The notes below the pieces were generated by a model, which saw nothing but the letters and a program-made list of their open reading frames with translations, made no database searches and had not been told where the DNA came from. This document shows, one piece after another, positions 1-12,000 of a stretch of DNA of 64,000 nt. How positions within the stretch are numbered: position 1 is the first letter of the stretch; each line of letters begins with the position of its first letter. A program made the translations under genes and the position numbers. This DNA is from Vicugna vicugna (Eukaryota), in assembly GCA_013265495.1 (NCBI GenBank), contig MU063499.1, forward strand, positions 1,116,001 to 1,180,000. The letters are read 5' to 3'.

Positions 1-3000
1 GGGCTTGGGCTTAATGGGCAATGGGCGGATCAGAGTAGTGTCAGTCTGAAGAAAATGTCAAGGAAGAGGCTTAAAGACAGGATTGGAATGCAGGGCAGGA
101 AAGGTTCAGACTTGGGGGGTGGGCAACCCTGCTACACTGAGCAAGGACTGGCTCTGCATATCTGGCGCTGCAGCCTCTGGCAGGCTGGGATCTGGGGGTA
201 CAGGTGAGGGATGGTGTGGGCACCAAAGCTCAGCCCGGCCCAGTGCCACAGAACAAGGATACAGGCTGGATGAATTTTGTCCGGCCTCCAAGCCCATCAA
301 AGCCTGTCCTTACCTAAAGCAGAAGGAAGAGGTGAGTGGGCCAGGGTAATGGGCTAGGGGGCTGGCCACCCAGTCCCACCCCTGAGAAGGTTGGCACTTG
401 CCAAATTGTAGGAAGCCACACTCACTGCATCTGTGCTGCGACAGGGCTCCGCCCTGGCCCTCTTGGGCTGTTTCTGGCCCAGGACAGCATTCCGGATGAA
501 GACAGGAAAGGCACCAGCCAGCTCCTCATCAGGCTCTCCCAGACAGCGCTGGCCACCCAGCGAGAGCTGGGACTCCTGCAGGAGATCCCAGAGCCAAGCT
601 TCATGAACTGGACAGCAGCAAGGAGGGGGGCGGGTAGTGATGGTGGATGGAACAGGATCAGGATCTCTGATGCCTCACCAGGAGGCAGGAAGGACAGTGA
701 GTAGGGTTCCCAGGGTGGCTCCAAAGTGCTTCAGTCCTCAGCCAGGAGAGAAAGGGCTCTGGCAAGACCCTGATCTCTCAGGAGTCTAGCTTTACACTCA
801 GTCCTGGCAAGGGTTGCAGGGTGACTGCCTGAGCTTCTTCTAAGAAGCCTTACCTTCTTAGAGCCTTTGGGGATCTTCTTGAAAACATGATGAACAGGAG
901 AACTGCAAGAGCGAGACATGAAAGCAAGAGGCACGTGAGTGAGACACAAGAGGCAGGTGGACCAGGTCAGCATATGCCCCTTTGGGAGCAACTGTGTGGT
1001 ATGGTTGCGTGCTGGGCAAGGCACCTCAGTAATCCCCACCCCAAGGGCAGATATGTGAACAGCTGGACAGCCACAGCCACCAGAGTGGTGGAGGCAGGAG
1101 AGGTTGGACCACATTCCAAACTTGTGGCTTCCACTCAGAGCCAAGCCAATTCCATTGGAATGTTCACCATTGGAATGGTGTGCTCTCAGGCACCTTACCA
1201 CGTCCTGGGCTCTGTGTGGGGCTGGAAGCCCAACTGATCCACCACCCACAGGAGGAAAGACAGTCATGCCTTGATAAGAAGTCAGGCCTAGCTCTATCTG
1301 CCACCACCTCCACAAGACCCTCAGTAAGTTAGATAGCGCATAAAGTGCTCTCAGAACACAGGGCTAGACATCTCCCTAGATGATCTGTGTAGGTAGGGTT
1401 GGGGGCAGAACAGATCATGGCCCCAGGCCCTGGCCTCCCACTCCTAGCTCCAGAGCTGGACACAGTGTTTCCATCCAACTCCTAGGGACCCTAGCAGCTG
1501 GATACCCTCTCCTCTTATTTTCCCAGATCTGAGTGGGAGAATGGTGACAGGCTGAGCCTGTGGGTTCTCAAAGTCACAAGGGCAAGGGCAGGGTCAGGGT
1601 CTACCGACACTGAACTCCTCTGCTCCTGTCCCTACAGCCTGTGGTCATGCCACATGATGACCAAGGGAGGAAACTCTACTTGCTGAAAGTCTGGTTCTGG
1701 GGAGGCTGATCCAAGTTAGGGGCATCCTGGGCTCCCTCACATCCCTCGCAGTCACTGAAGATGGTAGAAATGTCTCTAAAAAACTGGCAGCCTGTGGGCC
1801 CCAGGTGCCCACCTTCAACCTTTACAGCTACAGAAGAGGCAACAAGAGGAAGGCAGAGTATCGAGCAGGCACTGATAGGCCCCCTGACTGCAGCCCACAT
1901 GCCCTAGGTTTCTCATTGCTACCAGGTCTGGCCTTATACCACACAGGTGTCTGCCCCTGAGGTGGGGAGGTGTGGATAGCCACCTGGTTTTCCTCTCCCT
2001 GGGCCTCCTCCATCTCCACTGCCTAACATCTCAATTTCTTTCTCTCATGTCTGAAGTCTTGAGCAGTGTATATCTACATGGATGTAAGGGAGAAGCTCTT
2101 GTCTCCATGATGAACTATACTTGGCCTGCCTGGCCAAGGGGACAGTCTCTGCATTCACAGTCCCACTGCACCACTTGTGCAGCTCCCACCCACTCCATAG
2201 CAGCTCTGTACAGCTTCTCATGCCTGCCCCTGTGGGCTACCTCCTTAAGTGGTAGGGCCCTGGGCTCCTGGGTCTGAGATGGTCCTGCCTCAAGCATGAG
2301 TCTGTGGGGCTCACAGTTGAAGAGGAAGTTCAGAGTCCCTGCCTCAGGATTCCAGTGGACAGGCATTCAACATACTGGGAGCACACCCCACCACCCCAAC
2401 AGCATCAGCCCAGATCTGCCCCTACTGGGACTCCTGTATTCTCTCCAACTCACATCTCAATCTTTGCTTAAAGGGTGATCGTGAAGATTAGTGAGACAAG
2501 CGACAGAAGGGCTTTCAGAGAGAACTCAGAGCAGGAAGAAGAGGTGACTGGAACCAAAGCCATGGCCAAGCCAGGTGACCCTCACTGCCCCGTCAGCCAC
2601 TCAGAGTTATTAGGGCAGAACCTGCAGAGATCCCTTAGCCATTCTCCCCCAGGCTGTGGAAAGGCCAGGGACAACCACTTACTGTGACTTCTCTGGGAAA
2701 AGCCTCTTGGCATGGCCATGCTGGGTGCTGGAAGGCTGGGCTGGGGGGGTGTCCACATTAAAGGTGGCGTTGAGGTCAATATCATCACCGAAGGCTGGCC
2801 GGCGAAGCTTCAGGTTCAGCATCTCCACAGGAGCTGGACTACAGGCAGAGACAGCCTGGTGACTTAAGACCATAGTGGCAGCCCAGAAGGACAACAGCCC
2901 TTCAAACTCAGAGATGGATCAGCTTCGGGGGCCTGGGGTCCACACCTGGTTTTACGCTACCCTGAAAGGAAGCCCTAATCTCTACCGAAAAAAAACACTT

Positions 3001-6000
3001 GACTTAGTCCTTCACACAGCGAAAGTCTGGTAGATATGGAAGGAAGCAAGCAAAAGCCACACAAACTCAGATGAACAAATAAAAAGCCTTTTGTCCAAAC
3101 AGACTCATTTCTTAGAATGCAGTGTAAGGATCCAGTGAGAGAGTTGACCACACACTGAAGTAGAGGGATGTCCCTTCCAGCGTCACTCATCATGGCAAAT
3201 GGCACAATATTAGAAACCGTCAAAACGACTCCCCCAGGGAACTGGCACTTTCATAGCTTGACTATGATATAGACATTAAAGTACTGTTACTAGAGAGTAA
3301 ACTTAATAATATGGGGAAATGTTCATATGTTAAATTTAAAAAGCAACATTAAACTCTGTATAATAGTCCACAAAAGAAAAGACAGGCAAATTAGACTTCA
3401 CAAAAATTTAAAATTTTGTGCATGAAAAGATACTATCAACAGAGTAAAAAGGCAGTGCACAGAATGGGAGAATATATTTGCAGGCCGTATCTAATGAGGG
3501 ATTAAAATCCAGACTATATAGAGAACTTCCAAAGCACAACAAAAAACAAACAATCCAATCAAAAATGGGCAAAGGACTTGAATAGACATTTCTCCCAAGA
3601 TGATTTACAAACGGCCAATTAATACCAGAAAAGAGGCCCCGAATCACTAATATTAGGGAAATGCAAATCAAACTATAATGAGACACCACCTCACCCTCAT
3701 TAGGATGGCTACTAACAAAAAAACAGAAAATAACAACTGCTGGAAAGAATGCGGTGGAATCGGAACCCCTATGTGCTGCTGGTGGGAACGTAAAGGGGTA
3801 CAACCACTGTGGACAACAGAAAGGCTGTTTCTCAAGCAACTAAAAATAGAATTACTAAATGATCTAGCCATTCAACATCTGGGTATATATGCAAAAGCAC
3901 TGGGAGCACGATCTTAAAGAGAGATTTGTATACCTGTGTTCAGAGTNNNNNNNNNNNNNNNNNNNNNNNNNNNNNNNNNNNNNNNNNNNNNNNNNNNNNN
4001 NNNNNNNNNNNNNNNNNNNNNNNNNNNNNNNNNNNNNNNNNNNNNNNNNNNNNNNNNNNNNNNNNNNNNNNNNNNNNNNNNNNNNNNNNNNNNNNNNNNN
4101 NNNNNNNNNNNNNNNNNNNNNNNNNNNNNNNNNNNNNNNNNNNNNNNNNNNNNNNNNNNNNNNNNNNNNNNNNNNNNNNNNNNCATAGTGACAGGGGCTG
4201 GGGGAAGGGGGAAAAATGGGGAGTTATTATTTAATGGATATAGAGTTTAAGTTTTTTATAAGACAAAAATTCTGGGGACAGATGGTGGTGATAGTTGTAC
4301 AACTTTATGAAGGTATTTAATACCACTGAACTGTACACTTAAAAATGTTGGTAAATTTTATATTTTATATATATATTGTACCACAATAAAATTGGAAGAA
4401 AAAAAACCTCCACATATAGAGAAAAAAACCCTCTACAAATCACATGATTTGTGCATACATATCGTCTACCTCACCACATACAGAAAGAGGACTTGAAGGA
4501 AATTTACTATTGGTCAACGGTGACTACTGCTGGGATAAGTCTACATTTTCAAATTCTCAACAATGAATGTGTTTTTACTTTTTAATAGTGAAGGGGTGTA
4601 ATTCTATCAGATGACTGCAGCCAGCAAGATTTCTCTAGCTCATCCAGGCCTGGTGGGGTTCCTTAGCTCCTGTGATCAGAGAACTCAGAGGGTGGCAGGG
4701 GCAGCCCCAAGAACACTCTCTCTCTTTCCTTCCCTCAGGGCTGCCCACAGCCCTACTCTCACTACTCAGGGACCAAGGGAGGAGCCGTGGGGATATTAGT
4801 CTTTGTCAGGAGCCCTCTGGGGTGTGCAGATCAGGGGAAAGGGAAGTGCCTGCACTGACTTGGGTGGGTAAGCAGTCTGGAAGGCCTGGAATACCTCTTC
4901 CTTTCCCTCGCCAAATCCCTGGAAATTCTACCCTCTTCGTGCCTCCAAGTGGAAGCAAAGGCTGCTTTGCTTCCCTCTCTGGGAATCACAGTATAAAGCA
5001 GCAGCCAGGACCACTCATGCCAATCTTCTGTAATATCTGTTATTCTACTGCTATTTACCAACCCCAGCAAGTCCAGGCCCAGGTCAGTAGAGGCGCACTC
5101 AAGAGGCAGGCAGGGTCTGGCTGGGGGAAGCCATTTGCCCTCCAGGTGGCTCTCAGCAGAGTTTCCTGCTGCCATCCCCTCGGACCCTGCCCAGTGGTGC
5201 TCATGGCACGTGCCTAGCCTTGACTCAAGCCAAGCCAGCATTTTTCACTCGCACCTCCTGGCCATCCACAACATTAAGCTCAAGACTCAAGAGGTTCTCA
5301 CAGTGCCTTCCTCACTCCCCCACACCATCTGGCTCGTATGAACACACTTCTTTTTCCCTCAGACAGCTCCTGGTGAATCCCTCTTCTTTCATGAGCTCAA
5401 ACACTATTTTCCTTCCTACCTTCTGTCTGTCTGATGAGGTGGAAGAGCCTAGGGCCCAGTGCCGCCCCTCACTGGTTGAGGGCCTGGCTTGAGGTCCTCC
5501 TGGGTGATACCATCACCTTTGGGATACTCACCCAGGGCTTCATGCCAGAGTCCTCAGGAATTGAGGCAAGACACTCAAACCCCCCTTTCCAAAACTGAAT
5601 CAAGGCCCTGGGCAGACCTATCACCTGTGTGACATGGGAGCTAGTCAATGTGTCCTACACAACGTGTCCTAAGCAAAGCTTCCCCAACTCCCTTGAGCTT
5701 GAAGCTCAGGGGCTCTTGAGGTTGATAAAAGGAGTCTTCCAAACACCCTCTCTGTAGTACTAGGGGTGATAGCTACCTCCTGAGGTCTCCCAAAAATGAC
5801 AGGAATGTAGGATAATCCTACTGTAACAAATGGAATGGGCAGCCATCATCAGTATCTGTAGATTTCCAAAACAGTCTGGGAGGGAGCATGGCCAGGGGAT
5901 AGGAGACTTACCACCAGACCCATCAAGCCAGAACCCACCAGGAGAGGGTTACAAATGCAAGGGAGGACTAGGAAAGATCTAGATCTACAGACACATTAAA

Positions 6001-9000
6001 CAAGCCTGAAAATGGGAGTACTGATGGAATGTGTGAGCTTGGCTCCATCCCTTCCTATTTCTGCATTGGCAGAGCACCAGGTAGCAAGCCTGCTACCTGG
6101 GGCCAAGAAAGAGAAGGGCCTTTCCTAAAGACACCGGCAAACCATCCATGGGATTTTAGGGCAGCCAGTATTGGACCTGACAGTAAATCCCTCTGCATCC
6201 TAGGTTCAGCAAAGACTCGGTATGATGCCAGCTGACCGCACACTCCCCCAAATCCTGCCCATATAAGTTAGGCTCCCAGGTAGCTTTTCTGTTTCTCCTC
6301 CTGAGAGGGCCACAGGTAGCCAAGGTCCCCCAGGCATGGGAGGGAAGTCCAAGAGAAAGGCTGTGATAAATACACACTGACCCTAACAGAAACAAAACTG
6401 CCAGACCATAAGACAAAGGACAGTATATTTTGCAGTGGATGCACTCCGAGAGCAAGAAAGAAGGCTTGGAAATTNNNNNNNNNNNNNNNNNNNNNNNNNN
6501 NNNNNNNNNNNNNNNNNNNNNNNNNNNNNNNNNNNNNNNNNNNNNNNNNNNNNNNNNNNNNNNNNNNNNNNNNNNNNNNNNNNNNNNNNNNNNNNNNNNN
6601 NNNNNNCTATAGGAAGGTCCTAGAGTAGTCAAATTGATAGAGACATAAAGTAGAATGGTGGCTGCCAGGGGTAGGAGTGGGGCATGGAGTTGGCGTTTAA
6701 TGGGTAGAGTTTCAGGTGGGGAAGATGAAAAAGTTCTCTAGGTGAACAGCGGTGATGGTTGCACAACAATATGAATATACTTGATGCCACAGAATTATTC
6801 ACTTAAAAACGGTTAAAACAGTGAATTTTATGTCATATATATTTTACCACAATAAAAACATGATTGATGAAGTAAAATATCATAAAAATTAAATTCTAAT
6901 TAAAATTTAAGGAAAATCTCCCAAAATATAGAGTACAAAAAACCAAAAATACACAGGACCAAACCAAGTCAGACATCAGATCTGCGGGTGGTCCAGAGCG
7001 GCCGGAGACACTGGAGTGCAGCAGACTCTCAAAAGGATAACACAAGAAAGTTCCCGTTTTGGACAGCTAATTTTAAATAAAGACTTGATCAAAGAGAGAG
7101 AGAGAAAAAAAAAAGTTCCTAGAGCTGAAGGGGGACTCACATGTTTACCCTGAAAGGACCCAATAAGGGTCCAGCAAGACAAATGGAAAAAACTCTCATC
7201 CAGACACGTCAGGGGAAGTAACAGGAGCCCCAGAGCAAAGGAAGCAGCCTAAAACTGTCCCAAGAGAAACAAGAGTTTCACCTACAAAAGAGCTGAGAAT
7301 CAGATGGGCATCAATTTCTCAGCGGCAACAATGGATTTTAGACAACTAGAAAGCAGGCTCTTCGGGGTCTAAGGGAAACTAACTTTCATCTGGAATGCAA
7401 GCTGGCAAACTAAGCCAGAAGCAGCATAGAGGCATTTTGACACAGAGCCCAGTTCCCTTCCTTAGGACCTATTTCAAGGTGAACTTTAGCAAAGCAAGGA
7501 AGTATATCAAGAAAGACTGAGACGTAAGATACAAGAGACAGAAGTCCCAGGGTGACTGTCTTGCCATCTCACCTCTCCCCTGGAACCTTGGGTGTTCCCT
7601 ATGGTGCTATCAACTTGGAAAACTGGAAATGCCTGGGCTATCCACTGAGAAGGGGATGCCTGAGTCAACATTGCCTGTGTGCTTCACACACACTGGGTGG
7701 CAGGAGGAATAACATAGATCTCTGGGAACCAACATGGATATATCTCCAAGGCATTCCAGGGAGTCTTATTTTAAAGTTATAGAGTGACAGCAAAGCATCC
7801 AGAAAACACCTAAAATCAAATACCCAACTGCCTCCCACAATACTTTGAATGTCTATAGGATCTTCATCTGTAGTGAAGCAGAGGTCTCAGAGGGTGCCCA
7901 TTAAGCTGGTGACCTGGTACCCCTGGGCTGGAGTGCAGGCTCGAGGAACCATCTCACAGGTAACCAGATGAAAATCAGAGGTGTGCACCAGTCCCACCAG
8001 AGCGATCTTTCTCAAGTATCCCGATAGTTTCCATTGTTCTTAGGATAAAAATCTGCACTCCATGGCTGGCCTGTGAAACTCTGCAGATTTGGCTTGTCTG
8101 CCGCTGGCCCGACTCCTCCAAGCATATCCAACTCAGTCCTGCCTCAGGGCCTTTGCACTTGCCATTCTCTCTGCCTGGACTGCTCTTCCTTTGGATTTGA
8201 ATGTTGGTTACAGGAATATGCCTTTACATTGCAATATGTCAGGAATGCCTAAGACTCCTTTCAGACCCACATAGCAACCTGTCAGCTGCCATAGGAAAGG
8301 TAGAGACAGGGTTTTTGAGGGGACTTTCAGTTTTGAGGGTCGTCATCAGAGCACAAAGATGGGGCAAAGCTGCTACTGAAGATTCAACAACTATTTTTGA
8401 GAGCTTGGGTCCCTAAAAAAGACCCTGAATTTAGAACATATTGTGTCTAGTTCAAAGAAGGGCTAATACAAAAAGCACAGACCTGCCACCCTAATTTTCA
8501 TGCCCAGAGAAATACTGGAGAAAAAGGAATGACGTCAGCTTGCAAACAGCTTGATGGGAAGCCCAGCTCAGTTTTGTACAGATGTAGGCTTATCAGATGT
8601 GGTATTCTGCTGGCTTGAAAGACAGGGGAGACCAGAGAAGTTCCCTCTGTACCAAGGTGGGCTGCAGGCCCTGACCCAAGGCTTACTCAGAATGAAGTGG
8701 GCTCAATCCCAACTGGGAGCTATAGACCAAATCCCATGATGTGGTGTGTGGCCAGTGGGCTCAGGGCTTGGTTATTGAACCCCCTAGCTTGTCTATCCTA
8801 TTGAAACACAAGTTGCAAGAGGACAGGGAGGGCCTGGTATGCAGCAAGCACTCAATAAAGACCTGTTGTAGAAGTCTAGACCTTAGAGAAGCCTCGAGTG
8901 GTAAAGAAAGTAAGCAAAAGCAGGTATGCAAAGTCCCTGGGCATCTAGAGGCAGCCTGTGTGCTTGTGGGTCCTTTACTGTGGATGCTGGACACAGAGGA

Positions 9001-12000
9001 CAAGTGCACGGAAACATGGAGGCCCATGGAATGGAAAGTGGAAGGGAGCACCATGAGGAGCTTGCAGATGGCACCCTTGAGTGATATCCTAGAAAAAGGA
9101 TTTTTACTTTTTGCCTTGAGCAGCTTGGGTTCTAAAGGTTTGTCCACATGAGATGGTCACTGAGACTATTAGCTCCCTGAGGGTGGGTACTATACCTGCC
9201 AATCTCCTGGCAGAGCCCTCATGTTACTGAGGCTTCTAAGGTGGCCAAGCCGATGGGCTCTGAGAGTAGAGTTGGCAGGAGGGACCAGCAAAGAGCTTAG
9301 TTTGTCAAAATCAACCACAGGCTGAACCTCACAGAGTCCTGTGCCCCTCACACTCCCACAGCCCTTCCTCAGTCCAACCTACACTGGGGCAGCCAGACAA
9401 CTCTAACTCCATAAAGAGACTGGAGGACCCAAAGAAAGACAGGGAAGAGTAAGACTGAGGAATTAGTGGGGTGGGGGGTATAGCTCAGTGGTGGAGTGCG
9501 TCTGGCATGCACAAGATTCTGGATTCAACTACCAGTGCCTCCATTAAGGAGAAAAATTAAAATAAATATATGCTAAAAAAAAAGAAAAAATGAGGAATTA
9601 CAGGTACAAGAATGAAAGGAAACTGGCCTATATGCATTCACTCCCCCTGTGACGTTGACCAAGTACTACATGCAGGGAAAGCACTATGTGTGTAAGGAAG
9701 TCAGTGGTGAGGGACGCAGATTAGGATGTGGCTTCCAGTCTACGGGTGGCTGGGCGTGTATGCAGTGGGTGGACCATGCTCCAGCCAGACTCTAGAGCAC
9801 CTCTGTGGCCCCTGGCTCCTGACACAGCATCTGAATAAGAAGCTACCTATGCAGAGGACAGTGAGCTTATTTCTGCTGAGGAGACTAGGGAAGGCTCGGC
9901 AGGGCAGCTAACTCTTCAGTATGGAGAAGAGCACAGGCACAGAAAGGCATAGGAGCAGGAAGGCAAGGAAGGGGTGCTCTGCTGTGTCTGACAGTGTGAT
10001 GTGGCTAAAGGCTGAAGATCCACCGCAGCCCACAAGGAGGCTCCACAAGTGCCTCAGGTACAGTGCAAAGGGTCCCCAGAAGTGTTCTGGCAAGGGAGCG
10101 GCACGATGCCCAGGGCTGAACAGATAGGAGGGGTGGAAGCATGGATCAGCTCAGGGCTGAACAGATAGGAGGGGTGGAAGCATGGATCACAAGCCTCATG
10201 TGGAGGCACTAGCAAGGGAAAGGGTCAGGAAGGAACCACCGAAGTTAGGTGGGCAGGCTCTAACAACTGACTGGATGTGGGGAAGAAGGAGCATAATGAT
10301 TTTCCAACCTTGAAAAATGGCTCAAATGAAAATGGCTGGACCACTGAGCTGTGTGTTTTCTGTCTAGACCATCAGCTGGGCAGCTAAGCAGGAGATAGCC
10401 CTGAGGATGCTCTCAGCCTGTTTCTGTGAAACACTCAGGAAAAGGAATGGGTGGCTACACCAGGCAGGGACACCCGTCCCTCAGCCTCTTGGCTCCCTCT
10501 GCTGGCAGCTTTAATGCGCACATTACTGGGACCAGAAGCAAGTTATTCTGCTGGTTTCATGTTTGAGAATCTGGGGCAGACAGATGTATTAGGTGAGCCA
10601 TTCCATAAACAAATGTCCTGGCACAGAGAATGCTCCTGCCCTTTCTCTGACCATTCTTAGTTCCTTTCTGGCCTACCCTGGCCTCCCCTTGTCAGAGTCC
10701 AGACTTTACCTCAAAGCTGCTTTCCAGCTAAATCTTGGTTGTCTCCCACTATAAGAGGTCCATAGCCTCCAGGCCCATATGGGCCACCCCCACTCCACAA
10801 AGCCAAGATGAGTGAAGACCCTTACCGGGGAGCTCCTCCAGCTTATGGCCCCTGCATACCCCAGATATTCAACAAACCTCTCAAAAACCAGGCGGTTGAC
10901 AGTCTCACTGTCTACTGGCGGCAGGTTCAGGGTTTCCTGCAGCACCGTTAGCTTTTTTTTCAGGCTCTTGGGGAAGGAAAGAGAAAAGTGTGAAAGAGAG
11001 GCTGAGACATCAAGTCCAGAACAACTCCTAAGGACATATAGCAACATATGCACAAGGGGCAAGCCCACTGGTAACAGAACAAGGCCTGAAACCCAAATAT
11101 CAGGCTCAGGAGGCCAGGACTACTGGATCTCAGAACCCCTCTCTGAGCCCCTCCTCTGGTAACCTCAAGGATGTAGGCATAAGACAAACTGTGAGGAAGA
11201 CCCAGGCTCCAGACCAAGGGCCAAGGTACATGTCCTGACCCAGGAGGATTCAGGGAGCCCAGAGGCACCAGTGCTGACTAGTGCGAGGTCCCCGGGCAGA
11301 GCTACCCCAGACCTGCTCTTAGAGAGCACACAAGTCACCCCTCATTCCCACCTGGCCAGGGATGTCCCTCACCACAATTTCCTTGTCAGCGCTCTGTAAG
11401 TCCTTCTGGGCCGACTTTAGCTCCAACTTGGCCTGGTCCAGTTCAGAGCAGACTGTCTGCAACTACACGAGAAGTATAAGGAGTAAAGGACAAACCAAGG
11501 GGTGGCCATGTGCCCTGCCCCAACCTGCCGCTACACAAACTCATGGAAGCCTGGAGCCCAGAAGAGTTTGGGCACATGGTGGGAGACCTGAGCTCTATGG
11601 GGCTGGACCATAGTCCGGCAATGTCCATCTGGAGCTGCCCAGGAGCAAGGGCTGCTTCCCATACCCTGCAGCTTGTGGATGCACCATGCCCAGAAATAAA
11701 AGCAGCTGTGCTGACTGAACCAAGTTCCAAGAGGCCTCCTACTCTGGGCCTGGTACAAAAACAGACTCCTGCAGCTGTCACTTGTGGGACCTGTGTGCTC
11801 CAGTCAGCTGAGAGGTACCCAGGGGCCAGGAAGAGCATAAGTGTGCAGGTGGTGGGGGGATACTTGCATGATCTGCCACCCTAAGAGGACAAGCCACGTG
11901 GCCAGAGTTGATGCCCAGTAAGGACCAGAAACCAGTCTCTGTGAGTCATCCAACAGCCAGTCACATGAAGCCAGCTGCACCATCAGGCCCCATGACCTTG

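Noticed and set aside
3889-4250. ORFs made of X residues spanning N-runs (also near 6430-6632 and 21050-21675)
   Set aside because: Artefacts of assembly gaps. All four gaps lie in or next to L1 sequence, as expected for a short-read assembly.
8530-8537. Palindromic CRE TGACGTCA in TRAIP intron 10
   Set aside because: A single 8-mer is expected about once per 64 kb, and there is no supporting context.
9466-9545. tRNA-like sequence as a true tRNA-Ala gene (also 12404 and 52800)
   Set aside because: Degenerate stems, A-rich tails and TSDs indicate SINE copies.
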